Below, piece by piece: positions 50,641 through 63,769 of a stretch of 64,000 nt of DNA. This DNA comes from Squalus acanthias (Eukaryota). Positions within the stretch are counted from its first letter, which is position 1, and every line of letters begins with the position of its first letter. The stretch covers positions 99,636,001 through 99,700,000 of the forward strand of contig CM059432.1 of NCBI GenBank assembly GCA_030390025.1, written 5' to 3'. The notes under the pieces are model-generated. The model was not told the DNA's origin, made no database searches, and saw only the letters and a program-made list of their open reading frames with translations. The translations under genes and the position numbers were made by a program.

Positions 50641-51043
50641 AATGTGTTGTGTTGAAATTTTTAGTGTAATTCAGTGAATCATTGGTGAGCAGAATTGGTT
50701 TGGAAAGATCTAAGTTTTAAAAAAAATATAAGAATTCAAGTCAACACCGTGAACAAGGCAGGTTTTAATTACTTTAAAGAATTTTGGAATGAAAGATAGA
50801 AATGTCATAATTACCTCAGGGCCTCCTAGCATTTCATGCCACTATACAAATAATGAGTTCCCAGCCTCTTTAATTATGAGGAAGTGATACAATAAACTCT
50901 GCGGAGTCACTGGGAGGTAGGAGCGGTTAATTCAGTGTTCAGCAGAAATATCAAAGTAAAAAAAATGTAACTACAATCACTTTCAAAGCTTGTACAGGCC
51001 ACTGAATGTGGTAGAACTTGTCAGTAGGTTTTCTCCAGACATA

Positions 51044-51355
51044 GGCAACACGGTGGCATAGTGGTTAGCACTGTTGCATCACAGCGCCAGGGACCCGGGT
51101 TCGAATCCGGCCCACGGGTGACTGTCTGTGTGGAGTTTGCACATTCTCCCCGTGTCTGCATGGGTTTCCTCCGGGTGCTCCGGTTTCCTCCCACAGTCCA
51201 AAGATGTGCGGGTTAGGTTGATTTGGCTATGATAAATTGACCCTTAGTGTTAGGGGGATTAAATATGTGGGGTTACGGGGATAGGGTGGGATATGTGTCA
51301 GTGCAGGCTCGATGGGCTGAAATGGCCTCTATCTGCACTGTGGGGATTCTGTGAT
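51044..51355 (+). mobile_element. tRNA-derived V-SINE (HE1-like) with CR1-type tail
   Basis: A box TGGCATAGTGG, B box GGTTCGAATCC, V domain tgtggagtttgcacattctccccgtgtctgc.tgggtttcctccgggtgctccggtttcctcccaca, tail gatgggctgaaatggcct. Confidence 0.9.
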
Positions 51356-52739
51356 TAAACAAGCTGCAGCACTGCAATCTGTACAATCTATTGACCCAAC
51401 GTGAAATTGTAATAACATTTTAACAGCTGAATGGAATTTTGATTGTGTTTTAAAAATATATTTTTATAACTGACGTTTCACTCACCATGATGATCAAAAG
51501 AAAATAATTGGGGGAAAAAATGAATGAGATATACCTTTCTATTAGGCGAACTGGATATTTGGAGGGAAGAAGCTGTGTGAAGGGAAGAATACATGCTGAC
51601 CATTAATGATTCATGCTGATAGTTAGTGATTCCTATCTCGTGCCAACTTTGTCAGCACAGAATGTAATCTTGCCACATTACGCTGAGGTTTCCCCAGAGT
51701 GCTGCAGAGAAAGTATCCTGCACTCTGTGGTTTTGCATGTGTTCAAGATCCACACCAATCAGGTGACTGTAGCTGCCTAAAGCAAATGGTGCAAATCTGT
51801 AACAGGCTGTTTCCTTAAGGGGTAAATACAGTGTACAGTGCTCGAGTACAAAATCTGATAGTTGATTGCCAAGTTTAAGTTACTGATGTCTTGAGCAATC
51901 ATAGGCTGCATCTTGCATTGTAATAAACAAATGTCTGAGGTCTACTGAACATCTGGCTTGGATTGAGCTCAGTATACTTGCAGTGGATGGACCACAGCCA
52001 ATTGTGCTCAGCAATGTTTTTGAACACTTCTTTTTGAAATAGTTCACGACCATGAATGTGGCAGTGCTGGCTTAGAACACTGATTTACTTAAAGTGAAGA
52101 AATACATATGAAATCCACGGTACATTCAATGCCAGGAACCTGTTATACTTATCAATAGGAATGATTTTAAACCTATCCAGGCAGGCAGTTAAAATTGGTC
52201 CCGGGACTCACCCAGCACCGTCCCACACTGAACCCGCAGACACAGATTTTAACCTGCTCCGAGCAGACGAGAGGCCAGAAAACATAATGGAGGCCCGACT
52301 GCTATTTTACCTGTGGGTCTGAGTGAGGAAGCGACTATGATTGCTCCAGCCAGGTCCCTGAAGATTCTGGGCCAGAAGAGGATCAAAAAGGTACTTTTTA
52401 CAAACTTTTTTGACTTTCCTTATGGGTACCAGTGCTCCTCTTGTCCCTGCAAGGAATCGTTAGACCTCCCATGCCCAGGCTCCTCCTAGCCCGATTGACT
52501 TACCCGGTTGCCGCTTACCTTTGACGTCCTGTGGCAGGCCTCCTACTACCCGACATTGCGCTCCTGGCTGCTGCTTCCTGCCAATATTGGGTGGGAAATT
52601 GGCCGGGGGCATGTAGATGAAGCCCGGGAGTTAAAATCTCCCGGGCCTCATGCTGGTGAGGTCAGGACAGCTTGCCGCCCGCCTACCTGCCTCCTGCTAC
52701 GAGTTCTTATCGGGGCTACTTTTAACATAAGTGAAAAGG

Positions 52740-53750
52740 TATTATGTAAGATAGTCACTAATAAATCCAATAAGGAATTCAGGAGAAACTTCTTTACCTA
52801 GAGAGTGGTTAGAATGTAGAACTCGCTACCAGAAGGAGCAGTTGAGGTGAATAGCGTAGATGCATTTAAAGGGAAGCTAGATAAGTACATGAAGGAGAAA
52901 GGAATATAAGGATACGATGATAGGGTTAGATGAAGTAGGGTGAGTGGAGTATAAACACGGCATAGACCAGTTGGGCCAAATGGCCTGTTTCTGTGATGAA
53001 GGGAAGGTCAATCAAGAGCAGGGAATGGCCAGTGGATAGGCCATTGCAATCCTTTCACCCTTAATGTGTAGAGGTGTGGGGATGCTGAAAGTATTGCCTT
53101 CAGACACTCACAGGGCTCTGGATGGAATGAAAGAATCATAAAAGAAAATCTGAGAACAATTCCCAGAGGGGTGAAACTGCACAGCTTTAATGGTGCATTC
53201 ACAAATTCAAGAACTGTACCAAGACAGTCCATAATGCAACAGTAATCTAGAAAGGAATTAAATAGCATCGATGTATTTAAACGGAAGCTAAGTACATGAG
53301 GGAGATAAGGATATAGTGTTAGGGTGGGTGGAGGCTCGTGTGGAGCATAAAGGGCCGAATAGACTGTTTCTGTGCTGTAAATTCTATGTAATGCTATATA
53401 ATTATCCTAGCCTTGCTTCAGAAGTTTTGCAGAGACTGCAGAATTCTAGAACCAGGGGTCACAGTCTCAGAATAAGGGGTCGGCCATTTAGGACTGAGAT
53501 GAGGAGGAATTTCTTCACTCAGAGGGTGGTGAATCCTTGGAATTCTCTACCCAAGAGGGCTGTGGAGGCTCAGTTGTTGAGTATATTCAAGACAGATCGA
53601 TAGATTTTTGGATATTAAGGGAATCAAGGGATATGGGGATAGTGCAGGAAAGTGGAGTTGAGTTCGAAGATCAGCCATGATCTCATTGAATGGCGGAGCA
53701 GGCTCGAAGGGCCAAATGGCCTACTCCTGCTCCTATTTCTTATGTCCTTA
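52740..53750 (+). mobile_element. Cluster of CR1 3' fragments
   Basis: EFRRNFFT and EMRRNFFTQRVV segments with 3'UTR tails. Confidence 0.8.
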
Positions 53751-55478
53751 TACATGGCAACCATCTGCATTTTACATGGACAGTCCAGAATTTTGGATGT
53801 GAAATGAGCCACAGTGGCTTAATGTGTGACCTCCACAGTGAAAGATAAGTTTAAATCCCTACTAAGTTTCATCTGCAAATGCAGACACATGGACACTGTA
53901 ACTTATCACTGCAAGGTTGATAAGTGAAAACTCCAGCCTTTCTCCTAAGCACAGAGGATATATACATTATAGTAATTCTTTCAATGCTTTCATCAGCCTG
54001 TTGTCATTTCCATGAAAGAAAAAAATGCATGAATATCATACTTCAACCTTCATTATTGATGCACCTGACAAATAAAATATCATTGGATACAGGGTTTCTG
54101 CTAACCTTGCACTTCTAGTGAAATAATGCAATCATGTAATGTAATCATCATGAATTCATGTCATCATCATGGAATTTGCCTTTAATGAAAAACAGAAGAT
54201 TGTTTTTTTCGCACTTAACTAAATCACACCTTGAGAAATCACAATTTCATTAGTGTGCTGTTAATTATGGAGAAAAGGCCTTCTCTATCTTTCTCTCTTT
54301 AAAAGAGAAATTTCAAACCTACAAGGATTACTACATACAAGCTGTTTACATTAGGCAGCCTAAATATAGTTTTATATCCATCTGTAATTGAACACTAGTC
54401 ACGATCAGACCTACTGCTAAGGCTTAAGCTTTGTTAGTCTATTGTCTTTGTATAACACAAACAATTAGCCATTGTTTGAGAAAAGGTAGAAAGTGCTGGT
54501 GCAAAATAAAGTGCTGCCGTGGTAGAAGTAGTCAGTCAGTAACAAATAAGAATGAGTTATCCTTAACAATAATTATTGCTAGCAATGGAAGGTAAGGCAA
54601 AGATCTACTGGTAGACTCTCAATGTTGGTTGACTTTTATTAAGTGTGCTAAGGCAAACTATTTTGGCCTGCACAAAGGAAGTAAACTATTTTCATCACAA
54701 GGGATCCACAGAAAACAAAAGCCTCTCGATCTAACTGTTTAGTGCAGAAAGTTCAAAGCAGCTATAGGAAAACCTCAGCAGTGCCAGCAAATCAATTTCT
54801 CATTACTGAGGTATACTATTAATGGTTCCTCAGAAATCATCATTGATTAAGGTCACACAACAGCTACAATCTTATATTGCATCAACTATTGGGAAAGCAA
54901 TTTAAAACAAACTTAGACTTTACAGAACAACTTGGTTTACATAACAATGCCAATACCAACAATGACCTCCCATGTTACTTATCAGTACTTATTTCTATAC
55001 AATTAAGACAAGGCTGATCAGGGGTGAGCAGACTAATTGCTGTTCAGCTTTAGTAAAGCTCAAGAATCATTAAGCAGTGAATTAATACTGTCACTCTAAA
55101 GTTAAGAAACACATAGTTAAAGCTGCCAAGACACCACAGCAGGAACACCATCATAGTTTCCACAGCCATCAAGAGAAACAGATGGTTAACTACTCAAATA
55201 AACCAGCAATCAATTTGAAAACTGCACTAAAGCATTCAGGTCTCTCCCTATGGTTGAAACAAGTACAAATCAATTCTACTTCAGTTACTTTTCAGATGAA
55301 AGGTTTCCACTTCTCATGTAATGATAAAATTATATCTACAGTACATGCTTTGCGCCTTACTGTATATTTTAGCAGATATGGGTAAATTAAGACATTCAAC
55401 AGAAACTGGTGGTGGGGCAGAGAACACATGAACAGGAGTCGGCCATTCAGTCCCTCAAGCCTGTTCCTCCATTCAATA

Positions 55479-56988
55479 TGTAGGGGGTGGTGGTTTGTGT
55501 CAGCTTCACCTCTGACTTCTGAGCGGTTCGAATCGCTCCCACCCCCTTGGTTCTAGACCTTGGACTTATTTGGGGGTTGTGACAAAGTGCAGCAGCCAAC
55601 TGGTTTTGATGAAAGAACTTTGATCTTTATTCAAGAGAGTAAAACACAACACAAACACTCTTAACACTCTAATAAAATGGGGAACACTTTGGTACAAATG
55701 AGGGAAATAACATTAGAAGAATACTTCAGCCCTCCCAATCCCACTTTACTAGCTAGGTTGGACTCTAGAGGACCAGGGATGATACTCACCAGAATCCTTG
55801 ACAGTTGGGCTGGTTCGCGGTTTTGGGGTTCGCTCTATATGTTGGTTGGTGTCTGCCGTACCCCGTACGCGGTAGAGGACTTCAACTGCGTAGCTGGTCA
55901 GTCTTCGCGAGTCCGCTGATGCGGTAGGGTGCGTATTGGATCTATCAGGTGAGTAGCCACTTTTCTTTGGTTTAGAAGTAGGGTTTAGAGTCTTTTGGGG
56001 AAAATCTTACCCAGGGGTAAGTCAGGAGTAGATTGTAGAGTGGAAACTTTGCGTATCTTCAGTTTTTCTCTGAGTTGGTTTTCTTTGGTCGCGGTGGCCC
56101 AATATTGGTGGTGATGTTCGGTTGGTTGTTTTTCGTGAGGCCTTTGTTGCCGCGAGGTGTCCGATGGTCACTGAGGCGATCGCTCTGGTTTCTTCCACGT
56201 GTCGGCCTACTTCGGGAGCTGTTGGCCTCCTTTGTTGAATGGTCTGATCTTCGAGCTGTCGACCTCCTGGCTGGACACGGAACGTGAACGGTGGTGCTGG
56301 AGAACTGTGTTGCGGTGAATGCCTCCGTGGATGAACTTGTCCTTCTTCCTGCTTCTTCTTCCTTTTTCAGGTTGAGAACGGGCCTTCAATTATACTAATT
56401 GACGCTTCCTTATCTGCACGCCAAATCAGATCCCGGTCATTGTTAGATTTTGGCGGACTCGTTAACAGTAACTTGTTTGTTAATGTGTGAAGTAGTTTCG
56501 GGATGGCTCCATCCTGTCGATTTGCCACTTAATCGTGGTTGATTGTCCCCAAGTTTTGAGTTTCTTGACTAGGCCTGGGATTTCTATAGAGTAGGCCGAA
56601 GTGATCTGTTTTATGCATGTTTTTAATAGGCTCTGTAAATTGGGGTGGAGACTGCTTTTCCTCGGGTTTATTGTAAGGATGTTAATGTCTGATAGGGGCC
56701 GATTTAACTCCCAGCGAGGTCATGCGGTTCCCCAGACAGTTTCCATTAACTCCAATACCCAAACTGTCTTTACAGAGGTTGACCCCACCTTCCTTTACAG
56801 CCTTTTCTCCCTTACAAGTCCAGACATGTCTTTTAAAATACCAAATCTTGGTTTTTGCTCTAAAATGTCCTTCGGTTAGGCCCAATGCATTCCACCACCC
56901 TGTAATAGTTAGAAAAAGAGTCCCAAGTCTTTTTCCTTAGGGTTTGTCTTCGAGTTTTGGGGGATCTGTAAATTTTGAGAATCTTACA
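55479..56988 (-). mobile_element. Long solo LTR (1510 bp), same family as 14991-16755, inserted in a minus-strand CR1 3' end
   Basis: TGTAGGGGG...CTTACA; TSD AATA/AATT; ends are reverse-complement homologs of 14991-16755. Confidence 0.92.
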
Positions 56989-58216
56989 AATTAGATCATG
57001 GCTGATCTATAGCTTAACTCCATTTACCTGCCTTGGTTCTGTAACCCTTAATACCCTTGCCTAACAAAAATCTACCAATCTCAGTTGTGAAATTTTCAAT
57101 TGACCCCCAGCCTCAACAGCTTTTTTGGGGTGAGAGTTCCAGATTTCCACTAAAGGCTTGTATTTCCTTGGATGTAGAAGGTTAAGGGGTGATCTAAGTG
57201 AGGTGTTTAAGTTGATTAAAGGATTTGATAGGGTAGATAGAGGGAAACTATTTCCTTTGCTGGAGGAGTGCAGAACAAGGGGCTAAGCTCTAATCTTAAA
57301 ATTAGAGCTAGGCAGTTTAGGGGTGATGTGAGGAAGCACTTCTTCATACAAGTAAAGGAAAATCCAAAGAGGACAACAAAGGATTAGGTGGATGTGGAGA
57401 CATCATTCCAAATGAAACATTTCAGTTGATGAGCTCAATACCAAAGTGGCCTCTTATCTTCATACAAAAAAAACAGAGTGAAATTGTGATAAGTAATCCA
57501 CAATCCTCATGAACTAGGGCTTGGAGAAGCACCTGATCCCACATGAATGTGGGAAAGAAATGTACTCTATCATGGGTCTCAATAGATAACTAGTGCCCCC
57601 TCCCACCCCTGTCACCCCCACTCTAGAATAAGCAAAGTGAATAGTATCCTGAGGTAAGGCTAGCTGTCAGTACATCTCAGCTGTCAACATTTTCCAATGT
57701 AATGTTCTATATTCAAAAGAATGGGACTATCTCTGTAAATATATGATTCTTTCCTCTGCCCCTGGAGAATTCAATATCATAAGGCAACAACTATAGCTCT
57801 GGACAGTGGTGTTCGTCCTTATTGCTGCATAGCAATTATCATAAATAAATTATAATTACAATCAACAGGACAATTAGCTAGTATAATCAAAAGCTACAAC
57901 CATACAAGCAGAGGCTGCTAGTGCTAAACCCCTTGAAAATGTACTGCAATGCTTAGGAATTCAACATCCTAAACCCCTGAGAGACTATTGTTCGGCTTTG
58001 AAAATGGAAAGTACTTCTTGTAATGTATACAATTTGTTGATGACAGTAAGCAATGTGGTCAGGTGACAAGTATTTAGGGAACTCCATAGCATTTGAAATG
58101 GAGAATTAAATAAGGACAATTTGCTCTGTAAAGACATAGGAAGGGTATGTGCGAACAGGAAAGCTATTTTAATGAAAGACTTCAATAAACCAAATATAAA
58201 CTGCGAAACCTCAAGG

Positions 58217-58540
58217 GGGGGCTAAATTCGGTTCCCTAAGAGGGCGCTAATGGGGCACAAATCAACTAGCGTCTGGGTGTGGCGCCGCTAATACCTCCTG
58301 CGAAATTCAGCGGGAGGTTAGTGGCAGTGCTAACAGTTAGCGCAACGCAGCGCTGCGCCGCCGGTGATGACGTCATTGCCGTGCGCAGCGCCCCGCTCGT
58401 GCCCCGGCTGTAATATTGGGTGTCGCTCCCCGACTTACCGGCGGACACTATGTCCGCCGGGGTCAGGGGGGCCTACTTGCGGCCGGGGTGGCGCTAGTTA
58501 AAGGGGAGGTGGCGGCCGCCCAATTTTGTAGCTTTGGCCC
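58217..58540. mobile_element. Truncated Harbinger MITE end related to family B
   Basis: GGGGGCTAAATTCGGTT..TAAGAGGGCGCTAATGGGGC matches the reverse complement of 21180-21251; abuts the retroviral pol. Confidence 0.65.
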
Positions 58541-60296
58541 CGGACTTAAAGCAGGCCCAAGCCCAGGACACAGTCCTCAAGACTGCCCTGAACAGGCTTG
58601 AAAAGGGGAAGAAAGTAGAGGGCCCGTACGGCGCAGCAGCCATCACCGTAAAGGAAGGCATGCTGTTCAGGGGGGAGCAGTGGGTGGTGCCGCAGCAGCA
58701 CCGAAGGGAATTCCTCCAACTGGCCCATGAGGGTCCAGGAGCGGGGCATCCCGGACCTGAGACCACCTGGCAACGGGTGGAACAGACAGGATGGTGGCCA
58801 GGACTCAGGGAAGATGTCCGAGTTTTGTGCAGGCTGCCTAGTGTGTGCTGCTAACAACCCAGACCCCCAGAAAAGGAAGGTGTCCATGGGACACATCAGG
58901 AGGGTAGAGGGACCATGGTAGTCGATCCAGATCGACTACATCGGGCCCCTACCCAACGCCCAGGGAGGCTTTAAGTACTGCCTAGTCCTGGTGGATGTGT
59001 TCTCAAAGTGGGTAGAAGCATTCCCATGCCGTACGGCTACCGCATTGGGTACGGCTAGGATCCTAGTCAGGGAAGTGTTCTCACGGTGGGGACTACCACA
59101 GTATGTGGAGTCCGACTGGGGGAGTCATTTTACTGGGCAGGTTATGCAAGAGACCCTCAGGGTGCTCGGCATAGAGGGGAAATGGCACGTCGCCCACAAC
59201 CCGCAGTCATCGGGTCCTGTGGAGCGTTTAAACCGTACCATTAAGGAAAGGCTACGGAAGGAAACGGGAGACTCACCCAAAAAGTGGGTAGAACTCTTAC
59301 CATTGGTCTTAATGGGGATCCGAGCCAGCCAGTCAAAAAGCACGGGGTATTCCCCACAAGCTCATGACTGGTAGGGTTATGCGGACCCCCAGCCATGTGC
59401 TAGCCCTGGTGCTCATGGAAGGGCAGCTCAGAGGTGAACCGGGACAGATTCGTCAGGAATCTATTTGAACACCTTAAACAGGTCCACTGGCAGGCTGCGA
59501 GCAGCATGGGAAAACAGCATCGGAGTAACCGATTGCTGCTGAAACCCCGCAAGCACCACGAGTGGGAGGTAGGAGACCAGGTCATGGTTAGGAATTTTGC
59601 CCGGGTGGGGAGTTTCGAACCACTGTACATGGGGCCCTACCACATTGTGGACAAGGCAAGCCCCATGGTCTATGCCATAAAGATGCCCCGCCATACAAAG
59701 TGGTTCCATATCAACCATGCAAGCTGTTTAAACCCGAGAAAAGGGAACAGTCAGCAAAGGTGGACCACACCAAAGTTAGAAATCCCCGGCCAGCAGCTGT
59801 GGCAGACTCACAGGCTGCAGCGGTGGGGACAGTGGCTTGTATCACAGGAGGGTACACTCCACCGATTATGTGGGACTCAGGCACACCCCCAGTGGCCAGA
59901 GTCCTGAAAAGGTCTCCTCACACACCACAGCCTAAACTGCCGTGGTCACCGGTACATCAATGGGTCAGCCCAAAGGGGGCTGCAACCCAAAAAGGAGTGC
60001 CCAAGGCCAGGGAGCGTTCAAAGGTTAGGGATCCCCAGCCTGCAGGGAACCCACAGGACAGGGACTCAGCAGCCACACCAAAGGGGGCAGTGTGCTGTAG
60101 CACAGGAGGGGACACTCCCGGGATTGTCAGGGATTCAGGAAAACCCTCAGTTGCTCTAAGAAGGACTTTCGAGGTCCTGCGGTACAGGCCACCTTACGCC
60201 CAGGCATGGAGGCTGCTCAGAAGCTGCCCAAGGCAGAGGCCATGCAGGGATTTACCTGGCCGTCCGGAGACGGGCGGCAAATGTACAGAGTTTTAA
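58541..60296 (+). pseudogene. pol: pol 3' part: integrase (HHCC, DDE, GPY) with a long Pro-rich C-terminal extension
   Basis: LAHEGPGAGH..CAGCLVC; QIDYIGP; ESDWGSHF; VERLNRT; GPYHIV; closely related to provirus 1 IN. Confidence 0.92.
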
Positions 60297-60426
60297 TTTT
60301 AGGTGTTTTACAATTTTGTAGTTTTAGGATTTTTAAGAATTCTAGTTTTAAGGATTTTAGTAAATAAGTTTAAAAGTTCTCAAGAATCGATCACCTGTCA
60401 AGCCAGAGAACCTTCTCGGGACATGG

Positions 60427-60451
60427 CTGTCTGTTTTGTGTGTCCCTACAG
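60427..60451 (+). promoter_or_regulatory. Putative env splice acceptor
   Basis: ctgtctgttttgtgtgtccctacAG lies 13 nt upstream of the env ATG (60465). Confidence 0.65.
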
Positions 60452-60464
60452 AGAGGAAATCGGC

Positions 60465-62772
60465 ATGACAAGGGTTCTGCTCCTGCTCACCCTGGTAGGG
60501 GTGAGCATCGGTGACCGAGGTGACGTGGAGAACTCCCACATCTGAGTGCTTGGGAGAGAGAGCACCGGTCGTCACCGCAGGAGGTGGCGAACGGGGAGTG
60601 GAGGAGCTCGCCATCTACTTCCACGAGGGAAGCTGGCCAGGGTGGCTGGGGTCCAACTCTACAAGATACTCCAGCCAGACTGGGTTCACGTACCGGGAGG
60701 CCTCCCTCCCATGCCCCACGGTACAGGTCGTTGCCACAAGGGTCAGTGTCACCGAGGGGAAACGTGTGTGCCTTACCTGCAAGGGACGAATTCCCCTGAA
60801 TAGGTGGTGGTGGCTCGGGAAGCTAAGCAGCAACGCAGGGGACCATACAGCCGACTGGGAACGACTAGGGAACGACACCTACCGGACAATCACCGGGACC
60901 CATGGGGGAGTGAGTGTGTGTTGGGATAAGTGGTGGGAGTCGGAACAGGGAGTCTATGTCTGTATGTGGGGGTCAGAGAAAGCCTGCCCCACAGGCATAT
61001 CCATCATCTTCTCCAGACAATGGCAAGACGCCGGGGAGGGGATGGGGTGGGATTCTAGCCTACATGCGTGCGCGCTCCCACACTCCCCGACCCCAGTCAA
61101 TGCCACCGAAATAGTAGCCCGCCCCCGAAAGCCCCTGCCCACGACCACGACCTCACGGACAGTAGTAGAGGTGTCCTACCACCACCAAGGGACCAGAGAA
61201 CGGGCTAGTACTAGTACCGACCGAAAAGATGCTATACCAGGGGGTACACTATGCAGTAGCTTCAGTTATATTAAACCATACCGAGGTACACTTACCTAAA
61301 TGGTGTCCTAAGGAGACAGAACAGCTATACCAGGCCCTGCTAAAGGAAATGTTTAGAAAATTCTATGAATTCGACTTTGCCAACATGGACAAAGCAGAAC
61401 TGTACAGATTACACCCTGGGCGCAGGGAGACAAAGAAGGGGGACCTGGAACGATATTTTCACAACCTACAATACAGGATCCTCTGTAATAAATAGCCTAG
61501 ATGACATAGAGCTACAAACACAGATAAATGGTTTAAAAACCCAGTTGAGGAAGATCCTAAAGGGAGAGAACACAGTGGTAGGCTCAGAGCTACACGAGGA
61601 CCAAGCTACGACGGTCCATCTAAAAGAGATTATTGCTGAGCTAGAGAGACACGCTAAAACAGTGAATGCACTTATACGGGAGGACAGGAATGCTTTGGAT
61701 CAGGCTGCACAGAATGAGGTGTGTGTGCTATACGGGGCATGGTTGCTGGGTGAGGGTCGCAGCAACCTGGAGGATTTAAAACAAGGTTTAGTCCCCTCCT
61801 GGATTAGCAACAAATGCCTCGCAGCCCTCCACCCGTTTAGCAATTCGCTGAGCCCATGTTGGCTCCGCCTAGCCTCTGAAGCCTACCCCTTCCCTGTAGA
61901 TTGTGGGTGTTCCAATCACTCTATCATGGGGATAGTAGTGAGGATGCTGGTCATGGGTGGGACAGCCCGACCCACACTGGTATACAGGGTGGAGAACATT
62001 GGGATCATTCAAGGGGGTGCACGCATCCATTTTGCAGCGGTCCCACCTTATGTCATAAAGTAGGAGCACGCTATGACAGGTACTGACCTCTCTGGGTGCC
62101 GGAGCCGGGGTTCACACATAATACTGTGTCCCCAGCACTTGAACGCCTACTCTAGACCACAGTGCGGGTTTAAAGCTGCTGGTGTACCATGGAGGTAATG
62201 TCACAAAGCCATGTTCCCCCACAGGTAGCATTCATAGGGGGTGGGACATATTGTCACCACAAGTGCGCCCCACTACCAGCATGGACAGCATTTTTGGTGT
62301 CCGGTGAGTGACAGCAGTTTCTGCTTTAAACCCGAGGCAGAAGTTCAAGTGACCCAGGAACGGATTGTCCCCATTCCTGAACCCTCAACTGTTCACCTCA
62401 CTAAGGGAAAACATTACCAACCTGCAAAACTATGTCACCTTCTTCGGCTATAAGATTCCTCCTCTACCCGAACACCTTACCGTCTTACTTAAAGCTGTAC
62501 AGGTATCACAAAAGCATTTCTACACCCTAGAACAAAAGACACTCGAGATAGGGGCTGAGATTTTGGCCATCATGGTTCCACCCTGGTGGGACATTTTTGA
62601 GAATATAGAGGTTCCTTCCTGGATTAGGATGGCCTCCCACATCTTAGTGGTTTGCCAGCTCGGGATAGTCTTGTACTTACTGTGTACAAAATGCAAGGGG
62701 AAGGACAGAATGCTCCATTCCCGGCATGAGAAAGCCTGGGAAAAACATTACAATAAAGTTTATCAAGTATAG
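60465..62772 (+). pseudogene. env: env: signal peptide, Ig-like domain, Thr/Pro stalk, furin site, class I fusion subunit, TM; several frameshifts and a stop
   Basis: MTRVLLLLTLVGVSIG; RQRR|GTWNDIFTTYNTGSSVINSLD at 61428-61439; heptads LQTQINGLKTQLRKIL; Cys-rich region; TM HILVVCQLGIVLYLLC. Confidence 0.87.
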
Positions 62773-63074
62773 AACAAGCCTGAATTGATTCTAAAAGAAA
62801 TAAAGAAGTTTTGTGATCGTGTGTTATTTTTTTTCTAGTTATGTATTTTGTTTTTTTTTCCCAAGTGGTGCAGGGGTGTTGGACCCCCTCTGTGCTTGGA
62901 TGTGTATGTATTATTGATTCTTACCTGTATGTATTGGAACACTACACCAAAAAGGGGAATGTGTGTTTTTGGGTTTTAGTTTAGGTAATACAGGGGAAGG
63001 TTGGCTTTCGAGGATCAGGAAGTTTGTCCACCCAGGACGATACTATAGTGACTTAAAGTATCGAAGGGGGGGAC

Positions 63075-63395
63075 TGTAAGGTTTCCAAAATTTGCAGATC
63101 CCCAAAACCTAAGGAAAAAGGACTTTGGAACTACCTCAGAGTGATAAAAATGCATTTGGGCCTAACCTAAGGAATTTAAGACCAAAAAACAAGTTTTGGC
63201 ATTTTAAAAACATGTCTGGGCCTGTAAAGGGACAAGGAGGTGGGTTCGACCTCTGTAAAAGCAGTTTGGTTATTGCAGTTAATTACACTGTCTGATATAG
63301 TCAAATAAGTCCAAGGTCTAGAACCAAGGGCGTGGGAGCGATTTGAACTGCTCAGAAGTCAGAGATGAAGCTTACACAAAACAGCACCCCCTACA
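63075..63395 (+). mobile_element. 3' LTR of provirus 2, internally deleted (321 bp)
   Basis: Both ends match the long solo LTRs; the middle ~1.2-1.4 kb is missing. Confidence 0.9.
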
Positions 63396-63769
63396 ATAGG
63401 GTAGAATGTGGGAGGCCAGCCAGGAGTATGTTGGAATAGTCAAGTCTAGAAGTAACAAAGAAGGTAAGTAAAACAACTCTAAAGGAATAATTTTGTGTAT
63501 GCAGACTAAATGCATTCCTAATACCAACAAGGTCAGAATAAACAACCATGTTCCTAAATGGATTAACAAAAAAAACTCCACAAATTCTGACATGAGAATA
63601 TTAATGAACATAAGAAAATGTGGAAACACATTAAAAGAGTCAACAGAGGGGGCAAGAGGGACCGAGACAAAAACATGGCAATAGGGGCTAAAAACTGCAG
63701 CAAAAAAAAGCTTCCAGCACTACAACAGCAAGAGGGCAGTCAGACAAGAGGTGAAAGCCATAAAAGATG

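Larger units (their letters stand above)
58541..63395 (+). mobile_element. Defective endogenous lokiretrovirus-like provirus 2 (3' half: IN, env, PPT, deleted 3' LTR)
   Basis: Integrase, spliced env, PPT GAAGGGGGGGAC at 63063-63074, LTR TGTAAG..CTACA. Confidence 0.87.

Noticed and set aside
51044..51115. tRNA gene
   Set aside because: The A and B boxes belong to a SINE head continuing into the V domain and LINE tail.
14991..63395. One giant provirus bounded by the LTRs at 14991 and 63075
   Set aside because: The 14991 LTR has its own perfect TSD (CTGC) and no PBS or gag after it, so it is an independent solo LTR.
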